Positions 26,575 through 38,311 of a DNA stretch of 64,000 nt are shown piece after piece. Position 1 is the stretch's first letter. Each line of letters begins with the position of its first letter. The stretch spans positions 43,400,001 to 43,464,000 of the forward strand of contig NC_043007.1 of assembly GCF_006345805.1 (NCBI RefSeq), written 5' to 3'. The stretch is from Octopus sinensis (lineage: Eukaryota). Made by a program: the position numbers and the translations under genes. The notes under the pieces are model-generated. The model saw nothing but the letters and a program-made list of their open reading frames with translations, was not told where the DNA came from and ran no database searches.

Positions 26575-26752
26575 GTGTGGGTCAATTGATGGTATTTTAG
26601 ATGAGCAGGCCATGAAAATTTCCTGCCACATCCTTCATAAAGGCATTCAAGTGACCTCTGGCTATTATGTGTGGCTGGGTGGTACCTCTTGCAATTGATG
26701 GCTGTAAATTTCTTTGTACAATCTTGGCTGTCGCATGAATATAATGTATCGG
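26575..26752 (-). CDS. ZNF410: ZNF410-like coding exon 3: atypical extra C2H2 finger plus ZF1 (CLYEGCGRKFSWPAHLKYHQLTH)
   Basis: tttatttcag acceptor and gtatgt donor; 178 nt, phase 1 to 2. WPAHxKYH helix is diagnostic of ZNF410 finger 1 as recalled. Confidence 0.92.
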
Positions 26753-26832
26753 CTGAAATAAACAGAACACAGTCTTCAGAAAAAGAAAACATATCATGTT
26801 TGATTGAAATATTAAACTTTGAAATGCCAACA

Positions 26833-26879
<47 letters not shown>

Positions 26880-26955
26880 TACATATTGGCTATCTGTTCC
26901 TTGCAGAGCTTGATCTCTTCTTGTCCTTGTAATTGCTCTTTCTTAGTGTAATATC

Positions 26956-27510
26956 TTAAATGGCTTTTGAGCCCTGAAAAGTATTAAAGAACTGATCCCA
27001 TATGCTGCAGCAATGTCTCCTTTCAGCATATCTAACTCTGTCAAGCTCAAAATCTTCAACACCACTCCATATAGCTCTCCACACTTCCCTATCTGCCACA
27101 AGTGATTCAAGACTTTTGTGACATAATTTAAGGCATTTCAAATTTGATTTTAAAGAATGTTTGTACCTTTTCTTCAGTTTATTGTCTTTTATCTTTCACA
27201 GAATAAGGTCACCATAAAGCATTTGTTTGGGGATGTGCTCATTATCCACATGGATGAGATGGCCTGTCCATCATAATTGATTACTAATAAGCATGGCTTG
27301 GATTGATGTGATCCTAGTTTCAACAAGAACCTCAGTGTCAGGAATGAATGAGGACCAGCTTATTCTGAATATGTGATGGAGATATTACTGATGAAATCTT
27401 TCCAACATTTTTACATGATGCACATATATTGTCCCAGTTTCAGAAGAATACAACAGTGCAGAAGAACAAATGAGACAAATACCATGATCTTGGTGTCATA
27501 TATATATATA
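26956..27510 (-). mobile_element. RTE-clade LINE 3' fragment
   Basis: ALLYSSET...; frameshifted WTGHLIHVDNEHIPKQMLYGDL; LKCLKLCHKSLESLVADREVWR. Confidence 0.75.
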
Positions 27511-27754
27511 TGGAAAAAAAGTCCAAGTAGAAAATGCAAAAATAATTTTATAAAAAACATTTCAGTACCGGTTTCAGTCATTGAGACTTTTTCAACTGTA
27601 AGTACGGAAAACAATTAAATTTTGGAAGAATTAAATGAAAATTATTTTAAAAGAATATTTGCATAGAATTCAAATACAAGGGGCATTTTCTTTGTTCCTG
27701 CCTGTCTCTTGTCTCTCTTGTTTACTCTTGTGGGTTTGAGATCGTGAATTCTTG

Positions 27755-27808
<54 letters not shown>

Positions 27809-27821
27809 CATTATGATGATG

Positions 27822-27863
<42 letters not shown>

Positions 27864-28109
27864 TTAGTTATTATTATTATTATTATTTAACATCCACAGG
27901 TCACTGAATAACATTGTTCTAGATTTACTATGTCCTGAAACTAAGAGATAGAATGGTTATAGTTGAAATGCCTTTCATCATACATTGGGATCTTCACTTA
28001 ATCAGGATTGATCTAGGGTTAAACACAACTAGTTTTATTAAAACAACAGATGATACAATTTTTATGAAATACTAATAATAATAATTGCTTTTATTTTTAT
28101 AATAATAGT

Positions 28110-28500
28110 AATAATAATAATTGAGAAAGCAAACGATGTTGGATCATAGATATAGCATGTCCAGCCAACAACAAGGTATATGCTAAGGAAGAATGAAAAG
28201 TTGATAGATATGACATGATAGCTTGGGAGGTTATGTAGTTGTGGTTGATGAAAAAGATGGTAGTAGTACCAATAATTGTTGGAGCCCTGGGAACAGTGAG
28301 TAAAAATCTTGAGAAGTACATGGAACAAATAAGGGCTGCAATAAGGGTGGAGCACTTGCAGAAAACAGCACTGCTTGGAATAGCTTGAATACTCCGGATG
28401 GTGCTTGAAAAATATAGGGTGTTACCCTATAGTGAACAGCTGACACTGTAGTACACCTCCAGTGTTAGAAGCTGTGCAAAGGCAACAACAACAACAACAA
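28110..28500 (+). mobile_element. R4/Dong-clade non-LTR retrotransposon 3' end (restriction-like endonuclease)
   Basis: CWIIDIACPANNKVYAKEE*KVDRY...VVPIIVGALGTVSKNL...LQKTALLG. Flanked by (TAA)n and (CAA)n. Confidence 0.8.
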
Positions 28501-28729
28501 TAATAAAAAAATAAAAGTAATTCTTTCTACTACAGGCACATAGTTCGAAATTTTGGGAGAAGGGGCAAGTTGATTACATTCTTCAGCTGGTACATAGTTT
28601 ATAGACCCCAAAAGGATGAAAGGAAAAGGTGACCTCTGTGGAATTTGAAATGAGAATATAAAGAACCATAAGAAATGTTGCTAGGTATTTTTTCTGAAGC
28701 CCTAATGATTCTACTAGCTCACCACTGTA

Positions 28730-29660
28730 TAATTAGTAATAAACAAGGAAGCAAAAAAAATAAAAATATACAAGGCGGAGGCCACAATAATCGATAGCTT
28801 TGAAGAAAAAGAAGAAACAACAAAAACATTTAAGCAGTTTAAATCTAAGCTAAAACTGGAACTGTAGAATGCAATGGTAAAACCACAGCAAGAAAAACTG
28901 CTACATGGAAAAATCCTAGAATAAGCTGAACAGAATAAAAAAAAAAAACACACTGGCTTACAAGTGCAAGACTCAGAGCAGAAGCTGTATCTTCATTGTG
29001 ATACAAGATTAGAAACCACCAAAAACACATAATGAACATAATGAAGCAGAATACAAAAAGTAACTGCAGAATATATGGTAATGGGGAAGAGTAAAGGATA
29101 AAGACTCCCTTTGGTCATGAATGACCATGGGATTGCGCCAAGAAAGTTCCAAGGTGCAAGTCCAGGCAAAGTTGTTTTTGGAAGACCAGTAGTTGTCCAT
29201 TCATACCAGCCTCCCTTCTCCATGCCACCAATTTTGTCTGAGGGAAAGGCAAAGCCTGATACAGCTTAGCACCAGTGATGTAACTTATTTCAACAGCTGA
29301 GTAAACTGGAGCAACGTAAAATAAAATGTCTTGCTCAAGAACACAACACACAGGTGATGGGGAAGAAACACTGGCTGCTCTGTCTTGGGACTTATATACA
29401 TTGGAAGTTGTGCCAGGACTATGGAATGTCAACAGAAAAGAGATGGAATAGGCATGCCTCAGAAAAGGTCTCAGAAAATGACAAAGTGATCATACTCTGG
29501 GATGTGCGAATACACACAGATGGGGAGAACAAAGCTAACTGACAAGATATTGTTGTCAAGGACCACCAAGAACAAAATGCTTCCTAATCTAACATATCGG
29601 TCATAATAGATGACAATGTATTTCTAAAAGAAAAGGAAAAGCTATTGAAATACAAAAATC
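28730..29660 (+). mobile_element. R4/Dong-clade LINE fragment (CCHC to REL region) interrupted by a SINE at ~29100-29350
   Basis: WLTSARLRAEA, NCRIYGNGEE, YIHWKLCQDYG, ENDKVIILWDVRIHTD, DIVVKD, KEKEKLLKYK. Confidence 0.78.
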
Positions 29661-30354
29661 AATACATAGCCCAAACTACAGGACTTATGAGTGTAACATA
29701 CAGATAATTGCACTGCTAATCACTACACATGTAATGGATAGCTTCCAAATTTCTAAGCCAGGATTCCAAACTGAAACTATATTTTTCTACAAGTTCTCTG
29801 CCTGTTGCTCTAGGAAATTTATGAGAACACACTGATCTCTTAACCATTTTGAGTCATACATGGGTCAAAGCTGATATAAAGGAAAAATCCTTTGTTTAGT
29901 CTGACCTATTTTGATTAGGAAGAATATAAATAAGCAACCTCAAATCAGTTCTACCCTTCTTTGGTGCCTTGACCACTGGTCAGAGAGCATTTCTCTTTCT
30001 TACTTCAAGTATATCCTTTCATTGTGTAACAACAACCTTCTTCTATTTGACTAAACTCTCTTACCTTTTCTCTCTTTAGTAGTCACTCACAGATGAAGTT
30101 AACCATTTACACAATGAACTATAGAATTAAAGATAATTTGAGTACCACAACTCAAAGTAGTTGTAACTTAATTTTTACTGATGACAATAATAAAAGACCA
30201 TTTCAACTGATAGTTAACATCATCTTTTGGTGCATTTATCTGCAACACATGATTGTTATAATTAGTGACCCTCGATGTTTATAAACTGTTAAAATTGGAT
30301 CTTACACTTAACTATTACAAACTGGTGACTTCCAACATTCATTGATTGTTACAC

Positions 30355-30573
30355 TTAACCCTTTTGTTACCAACCCGGCTGAAACTGGCTCTGTGTACAA
30401 ATGTCTTGTTTTTGTAAGTTTTGAATTAAAATCTTCTACCAAACCTTAGTCACAATTTATGTTCCTAATACTAGCTGAATGATTAAGTTATTTTACTAAA
30501 TTCTTTGTTATATCTAAAGTAATTGAAAGAAACACAGAGCATCTCAACATAAATACAGTAACAAAAGGGTTAA
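30355..30573 (-). mobile_element. piggyBac-type MITE family 1 copy
   Basis: ttaacccttttgttac ... gtaacaaaagggttaa; reverse complement of 1480-1708. Confidence 0.8.
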
Positions 30574-30836
30574 ACAGCACAAATTGGCGACTTTCAATGT
30601 TCATGGATCATTACACATTGTTACAGTTGGTGATGCTGACATACAAGCATGTACACATGTAAAATGTTACTCATAACTGTTACACATACATTTTATTTAG
30701 AGCATTTTCAATAGAGTGAAAATAACACCAAAACAAATCACAGTACAAGACTTATACAGCTGCACTTGGTAGTGCAGTGAAAGCATGTAATAGAATAATA
30801 CAAAAAAAATAATAATAATGATAATAATAAACTTAC

Positions 30837-31167
30837 GGTCATCTTCAGTATCTTTTTGAGAGTGGGATGTGTCAGTGTTGGCAGAACTTGCTATAATGGT
30901 TGGATGTAGCTGTTCTAGTGAGTGTTTAGTGGTTGATTCAGTATGACTTTGCTTTTTAATTAATGTGATAGATCGAGTAGATTTTGAAGTCTGTTTTCCT
31001 GTTTTGATCCTCTGTGTCTGAGATGTAGTATCAATTAATGATTGTAGATGGGGAGCATTATTAGATGTTTTACCTATGTTTACTGAACTGCCATAGAGCA
31101 CTTTTGCTTCCATATTACCCTTTTCATTTGAGAGAACTAGGAAAGGCGTGCCAATGTCATTCCATAC
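30837..31167 (-). CDS. ZNF410: ZNF410-like coding exon 2 (VWNDIGTPFLVLSNEK...KDTEDD), S/T-rich
   Basis: ttcaacag acceptor and gtaagt donor; 331 nt, phase 0 to 1. Contained in ORF 30697-31182. Confidence 0.8.
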
Positions 31168-32519
31168 CTGTTGAACAAACATATAAAAATGAAAAGAAGA
31201 TTGTCAGGAAATTATATTTTAGAACAACTAGTCATCATTTTACTGAATAATTAACCCTTTTTCTTACCATATTTCTGCTGAAATACACTGCCTTAGGTGT
31301 AACCTCCTTCTCTCATATTGATATTTACCATCAACCATACTTCCACACTTGTCCCATTTACTACATTCACCCATCTCTAACCATCAGTCACTCTCCTCTC
31401 ACACTCTAATGAACTTGTCTACCCATCTTTCTCAATTCTTTGTCCATATTCTCTCTTATACTCACCTTTTTACTTGAGAGTATGCTCTGACATCTTGTCA
31501 CCACCATCATTGCTAACCAAAGCCTTGTGAGTAGATTTAGTAGATGGAAACTGAAAGAAGCCTATCATATATATGTATATGTGTATCTTTGCATTTATAT
31601 TTGTCCTGCTACCACCATTTGAAAACCAGTGTTGGTTTGTTTACATCCCAATAAAGTACCAGGCTTAAAAAATAAGTATTGGAGTCAATTCGTTCAACTA
31701 TCCCTTCAATGTGGTGCTCCAGCATGGCCACAGTCCAATGACTGAACCAAATAAAAGAGAGAAAACAGAGACACTAAGATAAATGCATACACTTGCATGT
31801 GCACGTACACACACACACACCTTTATGGTCTACACAGACACTTATCACCACTACTTTCATCTCTTCCCCATTCCAGCCTGATTCCTCCACCTGCTCTTCT
31901 AAGATGTGAGCAGCCACATAGCCCCTTTTATAGCAAGAAACCTGTTCAGCTTTGACCCCTTCTCTCACACTTTGACCCTTTGTCTCCTGGCATAAAGCCA
32001 CCTGTCTTAGGGCCCTTGTCTTGCAAGCTGCATGGCAACCTCACTAGTGCAGGCTGCATGAAAAAAAACCCCACCCAGTACACACTGTAAAGTGACTGGT
32101 GTTAGGAAAGGCATCTAGCTGTAGAAACCATGCCACAAGTAGACAGTGGTCCATGATGTAATCCTTGAACTGCTCAGTTCATCAACATGGAACACGGCCA
32201 TTAAATAAATAGTGATGATATACCTGCATGCATGCATGCACACACACACACACGTGTTCATATATACACAAACATGTTCTCATATATGTATCTGTGTGTA
32301 TGTCTGTGTATGATAAAAAAGATAATACTTTGCACTAATTAGATCCATCTAACTTATGATCCTTTATGCTAAGGCTGACTTACCTTTTGTCTCTTATTAG
32401 ACTGACAAGTAACAAAGTACTGAGGTTGATACACTTGCCTAAAATCCTTGAGGGCAGTGCCTCAGCATAGCAGAAACCAACAAAAGAAATCAAGAATAAT
32501 TAATGTAGTTGAATATTAC

Positions 32520-32762
32520 CATATTTTGGAGATCTTGGAGATTGATGAGTACATAGTTTGGCGATTCTTCACCAGTGGTTATTTCAGGCACAGTTGTAAA
32601 TGACATTTTGTTATCCAAAACAAATTCCATGGAATGAGTTGTAGCAGTCATAGTTTCTTTTGTGGTGGGCATGTTAGAATCTAACAAAACAGGATTCTGA
32701 GTTATTTTCTCTGTATCTGCTTCATCAATATCTGTTTCCTTTTTGATAGTATATGCTGACAT
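32520..32762 (-). CDS. ZNF410: ZNF410-like zinc-finger transcription factor, first coding exon (MSAYTIKKETD...SPNYVLINLQDLQNM)
   Basis: Strong acceptor ttttgtttttgcag gives an exon start at 32936. The main frame has stops upstream, so the first in-frame ATG is 32762. Donor ATG/gtaata, phase 0. NYVLINL resembles human SFILLNL as recalled. Confidence 0.75.
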
Positions 32763-34617
32763 AGTAACTGGAGCAGAATCCACAGTGTCTTGATAGACTT
32801 CTGATTATGGAGGCACTGGTCTTTAGGCAGAATATAGTGTGTGTGGTTTTAAAAGAAAACCAATCACATTTGGCAAGCTGAATGGGTAACAATTTCATTG
32901 TATAAAACACTGCACCTTGCAAATGACAGCCAATATCTGCAAAAACAAAAAACAAAGGGATAAAAATTACAAACTGAATTGCACTAATAACATAAATATT
33001 CAGAGCATGACTTGATAAGGAAGAATCTACATCAGCACCCAACCTGCTAGAAATTGCAGCTAAATCTTTCTCCAACCACATACTACCATTTTAAAATCGA
33101 AACTTTGGATGGTATGGTATGGAGCGCATACTATGTCTGAGGGATACAAGATAGCCATGATGGTGTGCTTTTGATCACAGGTCTGCTTAATCAAGGCTGA
33201 CCTATGGCTAAATAACAATGAACAAGGAGTATCAAGAAAGTTAAGATCAGCATTTATCATCATCAACATTAATGTTTTAACATTTTTTTTTCCACACATG
33301 TTTAAGTTGGTCAGGCTTCCAACTGAACCTGACTAATTAATGTTAGCTCTAAGATTTAATGGTTTTTGATAATTCTTTAACCATTTTGTAACCATATTTC
33401 TGTTGAAATTTACTGAAATTTTTCAAATTAATTTTAAAAATAAAGAAAAATTAGATCAAATAAATTTTGTCCTTATGAAGCTGATGGTTGAAGCATAAAT
33501 TAACTTGAAATTTTGCTGGAAGATTTTAATTTAGATAACTTTGAAGCAAGAAGTTTGTATAACAGAAAATGAGCTAGCTTCGAGAAGGTTGGTATTAAAT
33601 GGGTTAAAATCAAGGTGGTTGAGAACTACAAGTGTTTCATTTCAAGTAATTATATGTTCTTATCAATAATTAAAATAAAAGCAAAGGCGGTGAGCTGGCA
33701 GAATGGTTAGTGGCATTTTGTCTGTCTTTATGTCCTGAGTTCAAATTCTGTTGAGGCTGACATTGTTTTTCATCCATTTGGAGTCAATGAAATAGGTACC
33801 AGTTGAGCATTGTGGGGTGATGCAATCGACTTATCCCCTACCCTAACTTGCTCGCCTTGTATCAACATTTGAAACCAATAATTACAAAAAAAAAAAACAT
33901 TTGTATAAATGCAAAAAAACATTAAAAATTATACATAGGCAGAAATAATTCCAATACTATAAGGTTTATAATACACTTTGATGTATATTAAGCTTTTAAC
34001 CAGTTATCCTTACTAAAGGTAAATATACATACATTGTAGGTACAGTGTAGCTAAATGCTTAAGGAATTCACTTCACAATCATGAGGTCTTGGGTTTGATC
34101 TCACTCTGTGGCATCTTAGCAAATGTTATTTCTTTTATAACCTTGGTTCAACCTATGCCCTGTGAGCAAAATTGGGGAAACAAACTGTATAGAAACTCAT
34201 AGGGTGGATTGTACCTGTAAATTTATAACATATAGCCTTGTCATACTGATTCTGTCTGAGAATTACATTAAGGTCACAGGTGTCTGTGGAAAGCTCAGCC
34301 ACTTTCACATTAATACAGGAGCAGGTAAGTAAGTTGATTGAGCAACTGAATCTTCATCTACTGATGGAGTCCTACTGATATATATATATACATACATAGA
34401 CATATGTACGTACACAGCCACCACCACTCATCATGGCTGACTATAGGTTTCTGCACTGAGAAAGTTCCTCTTCAAACAACAGGTGCAGGCCAGTGCATGG
34501 TATATTTTTTTGTTGAGGAAGATCAGCAGTTGCCATGGCATACACGCTTCTCCTCTCCTTGCCACTGATCATGTCCAAGAGACAGGTACGGTCAATACAG
34601 CTTGGTACCAGTGTAAT

Positions 34618-34884
34618 TTCAGCCCCATCTGACTATCATCTGTTCCCCAACATGAAAAAACACTTGGTTAGGAACCAGTTTCACAAATATGATGTCATAT
34701 CTGCTGTTGATGACGTTTTTGACCAACAGAATGAAAGCTTCTTCACCAATGAGATCCAAGCACTGCAACACTGAAGGAAGAAGTGTGTGGAACACAAAGG
34801 AGACTATGTTGAAAAATAGACCTCATTTGGTCACATTCCATGAGAGTATGTTGGTTACTCCATGAACTTTGTGGCTGACCCTCA
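34618..34884 (+). mobile_element. mariner (DD34D) transposase 3' fragment
   Basis: APSDYHLFPNMKKHL...KCVEHKGDYVEK*, the typical mariner C-terminus. Confidence 0.8.
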
Positions 34885-35897
34885 TAGACATATATTGACA
34901 AAATTTCCTGTCTGTGGTTTGTTTCATTTTAATAAATTAAATGTTTCTTTTATTTCAAGAACTACTGAAAATGTTGCAAGACACAACAAAAATTTTAGAA
35001 AAATAAATAAGTAAATGAGTAGAAACTTTACTGGTGAGTGTATTAAATTATAAGGCATACTAAAAGAGAATGACTCTCCCCAGACACAACAGATTATTTC
35101 AATATTGTTTTATCATTTTCCACATAATTTTTTCTTGAATATATACTTATATTTCAATAAAACAAAATATTACTTATTCTAGGCATAAATCAGTGGGTCA
35201 CGTACCTATAAATAATTGGCCGGTGTTTCAATGGCCAAATTGTCTCTTAAAATAATATTGAATATGAAATAAAATTATACCTACTATTTTGAACACTGAA
35301 TTCTTTGTAATTCTTGATTTCTTTGAGTATATGATTGGACCACGCTCTCTCTGTCTCTCTTCACACACACAATGAAAAAAAATATGGTGTATGTAATTGA
35401 AATGGCATTCAATTAAAATTGCTATGTATGTATCATATTAAACATACATACATTGTTAGAAGGCATGATGCTGTGGAGTTACCTGAGATAATATCCCTTC
35501 ATTGACTTTTTGTGTTAAAAACATAATGTATATCAGAACGAAATGAACATCATACATGTATGCTACACAGGTGGCTCCCCACCTCTCTCTCTCTCTATAT
35601 ATATATATAGAAAGAGACACCTAATGTTTTGGGTAGTGTTAAAATATTTAATACAAGGATAATTAAGAAACTAACAAATAAATATGCAATAAGAAAACAA
35701 AAACAATATCAGTCATTGACTAATTGTTTTTACCTCAATGCTAGAAGAAAAAACAGTATACAAAAGAAAAAGTAAATAAATAAAACTGACAAATGCAACA
35801 GTAAAGATTGATGAACTTGTCTGTTTTGTGTGTTTACAAGATGCCAAAGTTTCAGAATAGGTGGTAAGATGCGATCACTATCCACTAAATGCAAGCA

Positions 35898-36126
35898 TTA
35901 ACCCTTTAGTGTTCAGATTATTCTCTCAAATGTGATGTTTGTTTATTTATATTGTTTTGAATTAATCATGTATTATCTTGTAGTTTAGAGATTTCAGTGA
36001 TGTGGTTTTTTTAGTTTTAGAATGACATGGTAGGGCTGAGTTAAGAGGCAAGCTCTGGTCAGTTTCAATATAAAACAGGTTAAATATTCTGGCCGGATAT
36101 GGCCGGTTTGAATGCTAAAGGGTTAA
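35898..36126 (+). mobile_element. piggyBac-type MITE family 2 (TTAA-CCCTTTAG...CTAAAGGG-TTAA)
   Basis: TIRs with TTAA flanks. A related copy is at ~62618-62829. Confidence 0.75.
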
Positions 36127-36350
36127 AGAACAACCAATGTAAAATGATACAAATATATGCAGTGAGCTGGCAGAAACATTAGCATGCCAGGTGAAATGCT
36201 TAACGGTAGTTCATTTGTCTTTATGTTCTGAGTTCAGATTCTGCTGAGGTTGACTTTGCCTTTCCTCCTTTTGTGGGGTCGATAAATTGATCTAATCGAC
36301 TGTCCCCACCCCCAATTTCAGGCTTTGTGCCTACAGTAGAAAAGAATGTA

Positions 36351-37505
36351 CACAGATATGATAGAAGTAAATAGCCACCCCATAAAACATCGTAATATGT
36401 TTATTTTAACTTGGAAAAGTTTATATTTTACATTAATTGACATTTTTATGTTTCAGGTTCTCTATGTGATTGTTTAATCATGTTATGTACAAAAGAAGTC
36501 TTAGAACTGTCTGAATTTCAAAGAGGCCATATTGTGAGTCAATCTGAAGGTAGACTTAACATAAAATTGCAAGAAAACCTTAAAATCCTACTTTCTACAG
36601 TTAATAGAATGATATATCACCTTGTCCAAGTTGACCAGGGCCCTCTCTTTGTTAAGAGAAGTATGGAGGATAATCCTCATTGCAAGGCCTCTGACATAGC
36701 AGAACAAGTTGATGTCAGTCCCAGAACAGCTATCCGGTATCACCACAAACTTGGCTACTTAGGCAGAGCAGTAAGAAGGAAGCCACTTCTTCAACCAGCC
36801 AGTATCAAGCGGAGAAAAGATTGGTCCAGTGGGAGAGGCCACTAGCATTTTGGGACAGTCATATTCTCCAATGAGTCCAGATTTGCTGTATTTTCTGACA
36901 GTGATTGAGTGTGGATCTGGAGACTCTGTGATCAAGAATTTGACGTGAAAAGATTGCAGCCAATAATGAAACATGGTGGCTATTCTGTGGTCTGTGGAGT
37001 AATTTGGAACAATGGTCGATGAGAGCTGGTGGAGTATGAGAGAAACATAAACTCAGATAAATATGTGTCCATATTGTAGAAAGGACTCCTTCCAATCTTC
37101 TCCAGTAGAGAAATGATTAAAGAACCTTGTCACATGGCTAAAAAGACCCAAGACTAGTTGGAAGAGAATGGCATTAAAAAGCTTCCATGGCCAAGTCAGT
37201 CACTAGATATGAACCCTATTGAACACCTCTGAGGCATAATGGACTGGATACTTTGTAAAAAGAACAAGAAAGCATCCTCAAAGCTAGATCTTTTGTGATT
37301 ACTGCATGAAACTTGGCAAGAAATTCCGCAAGAGAATATTTGTCATTTGATCAGCAGCATGCTTAATAAGGTACTTGCATTGAAAACTGCAAAGAGCATG
37401 TCTACTAAACATCAGACAGTCACATTATAATAAGTAATAATTTGAAAGTATAATTTCAGATTTAAATGATTATAAGGGTATCTATTTATTTCTGTCATGT
37501 CTATG
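36351..37505 (+). mobile_element. Degenerate Tc1 (DD34E) element, same family as 2053-3108, both TIRs retained
   Basis: ELSEFQRGHIV HTH start and GRAVRRKPLL motif. Imperfect ~30-bp TIRs (cacagatatgatagaagtaaatag / ctatttatttctgtcatgtctatg). TA on the left. Colinear with copy 1. Confidence 0.9.
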
Positions 37506-37531
37506 TGTGTGACTGCTAAATCCACAAGCTA

Positions 37532-37800
37532 TCTATATATATAAAACTGAGAATGTGTCTACCTGTCTGTATGTGTGCATCACTAAAACTCAAGAACTAC
37601 CCAACTGATTTCATTCAAGATTTTACTCATGCCTTACTTAGGACTTATGCAGTGCCATGGGCCAAAATAATTTTCAACTTCTTGCCTCAGGCAAGCCTGG
37701 AGCAAACTCTTATCTCTTACACTATTTCAGTATTACGTGTCAAAAGTTAAACAATAACATCTCTATTGTGATGTGAGATAATACTTTCAGTTTTAAGTTT
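37532..37800 (+). mobile_element. Non-autonomous Helitron-like element, 5' portion (second copy)
   Basis: A/TCTATATATATAAAACTGAGAATGTG start; colinear with 21839-22110. Confidence 0.6.
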
Positions 37801-37850
37801 CACTATGCATTTATATCTTTGCATATATATGTGTGTGTGAATATATATAT

Positions 37851-38155
37851 GTAGGAGCACTCCGTTGGTTATGACGATGAGGGTCCCAGCTGATACGATC
37901 AACGGAACAGCTTGCTTGTGAAATTAACATGCAAGTGACTGAGCAATCCACAGACACGCGTATCCCTAACGTAGTTCTCAAGGAGATTCAGTGTGACAAG
38001 GCCTGCCCTTTGAAATACAGGTACAACACATTTTTGCCAGCTGAGTGGACTGGAGCAACGTGAAATAAAGTATCTTGCTCAAGGACACGTGTTGCCGGGA
38101 ATCAAACTTACAACCTTAATCGTGAGCCGAATGCCCTATCCACTAAGCCACGCGC
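37851..38155 (-). mobile_element. tRNA-headed SINE, third family
   Basis: Head gcgcgtggcttagtggatagggcattcggctcacg with A/B-box-like motifs. Related copies at ~29100-29350 and ~16000-16140. Confidence 0.75.
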
Positions 38156-38242
38156 ATATGTATATATATATACACATGTATATGTATATATGTGTGCATA
38201 CATATCTATATATATATTTGTGTACATATATATATTTGTATG

Positions 38243-38311
<69 letters not shown>

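Noticed and set aside
31136-31138. Alternative acceptor for ZNF410 exon 2
   Set aside because: It is phase 1 and incompatible with the phase-0 upstream donor. The 31167 acceptor fits and has the better pyrimidine tract.
38100-38155. tRNA-like sequence (also at 11320-11375 and 3545-3640)
   Set aside because: Only A/B boxes are present, with no complete cloverleaf, and each continues into a SINE body. These are SINE heads, not tRNA genes.
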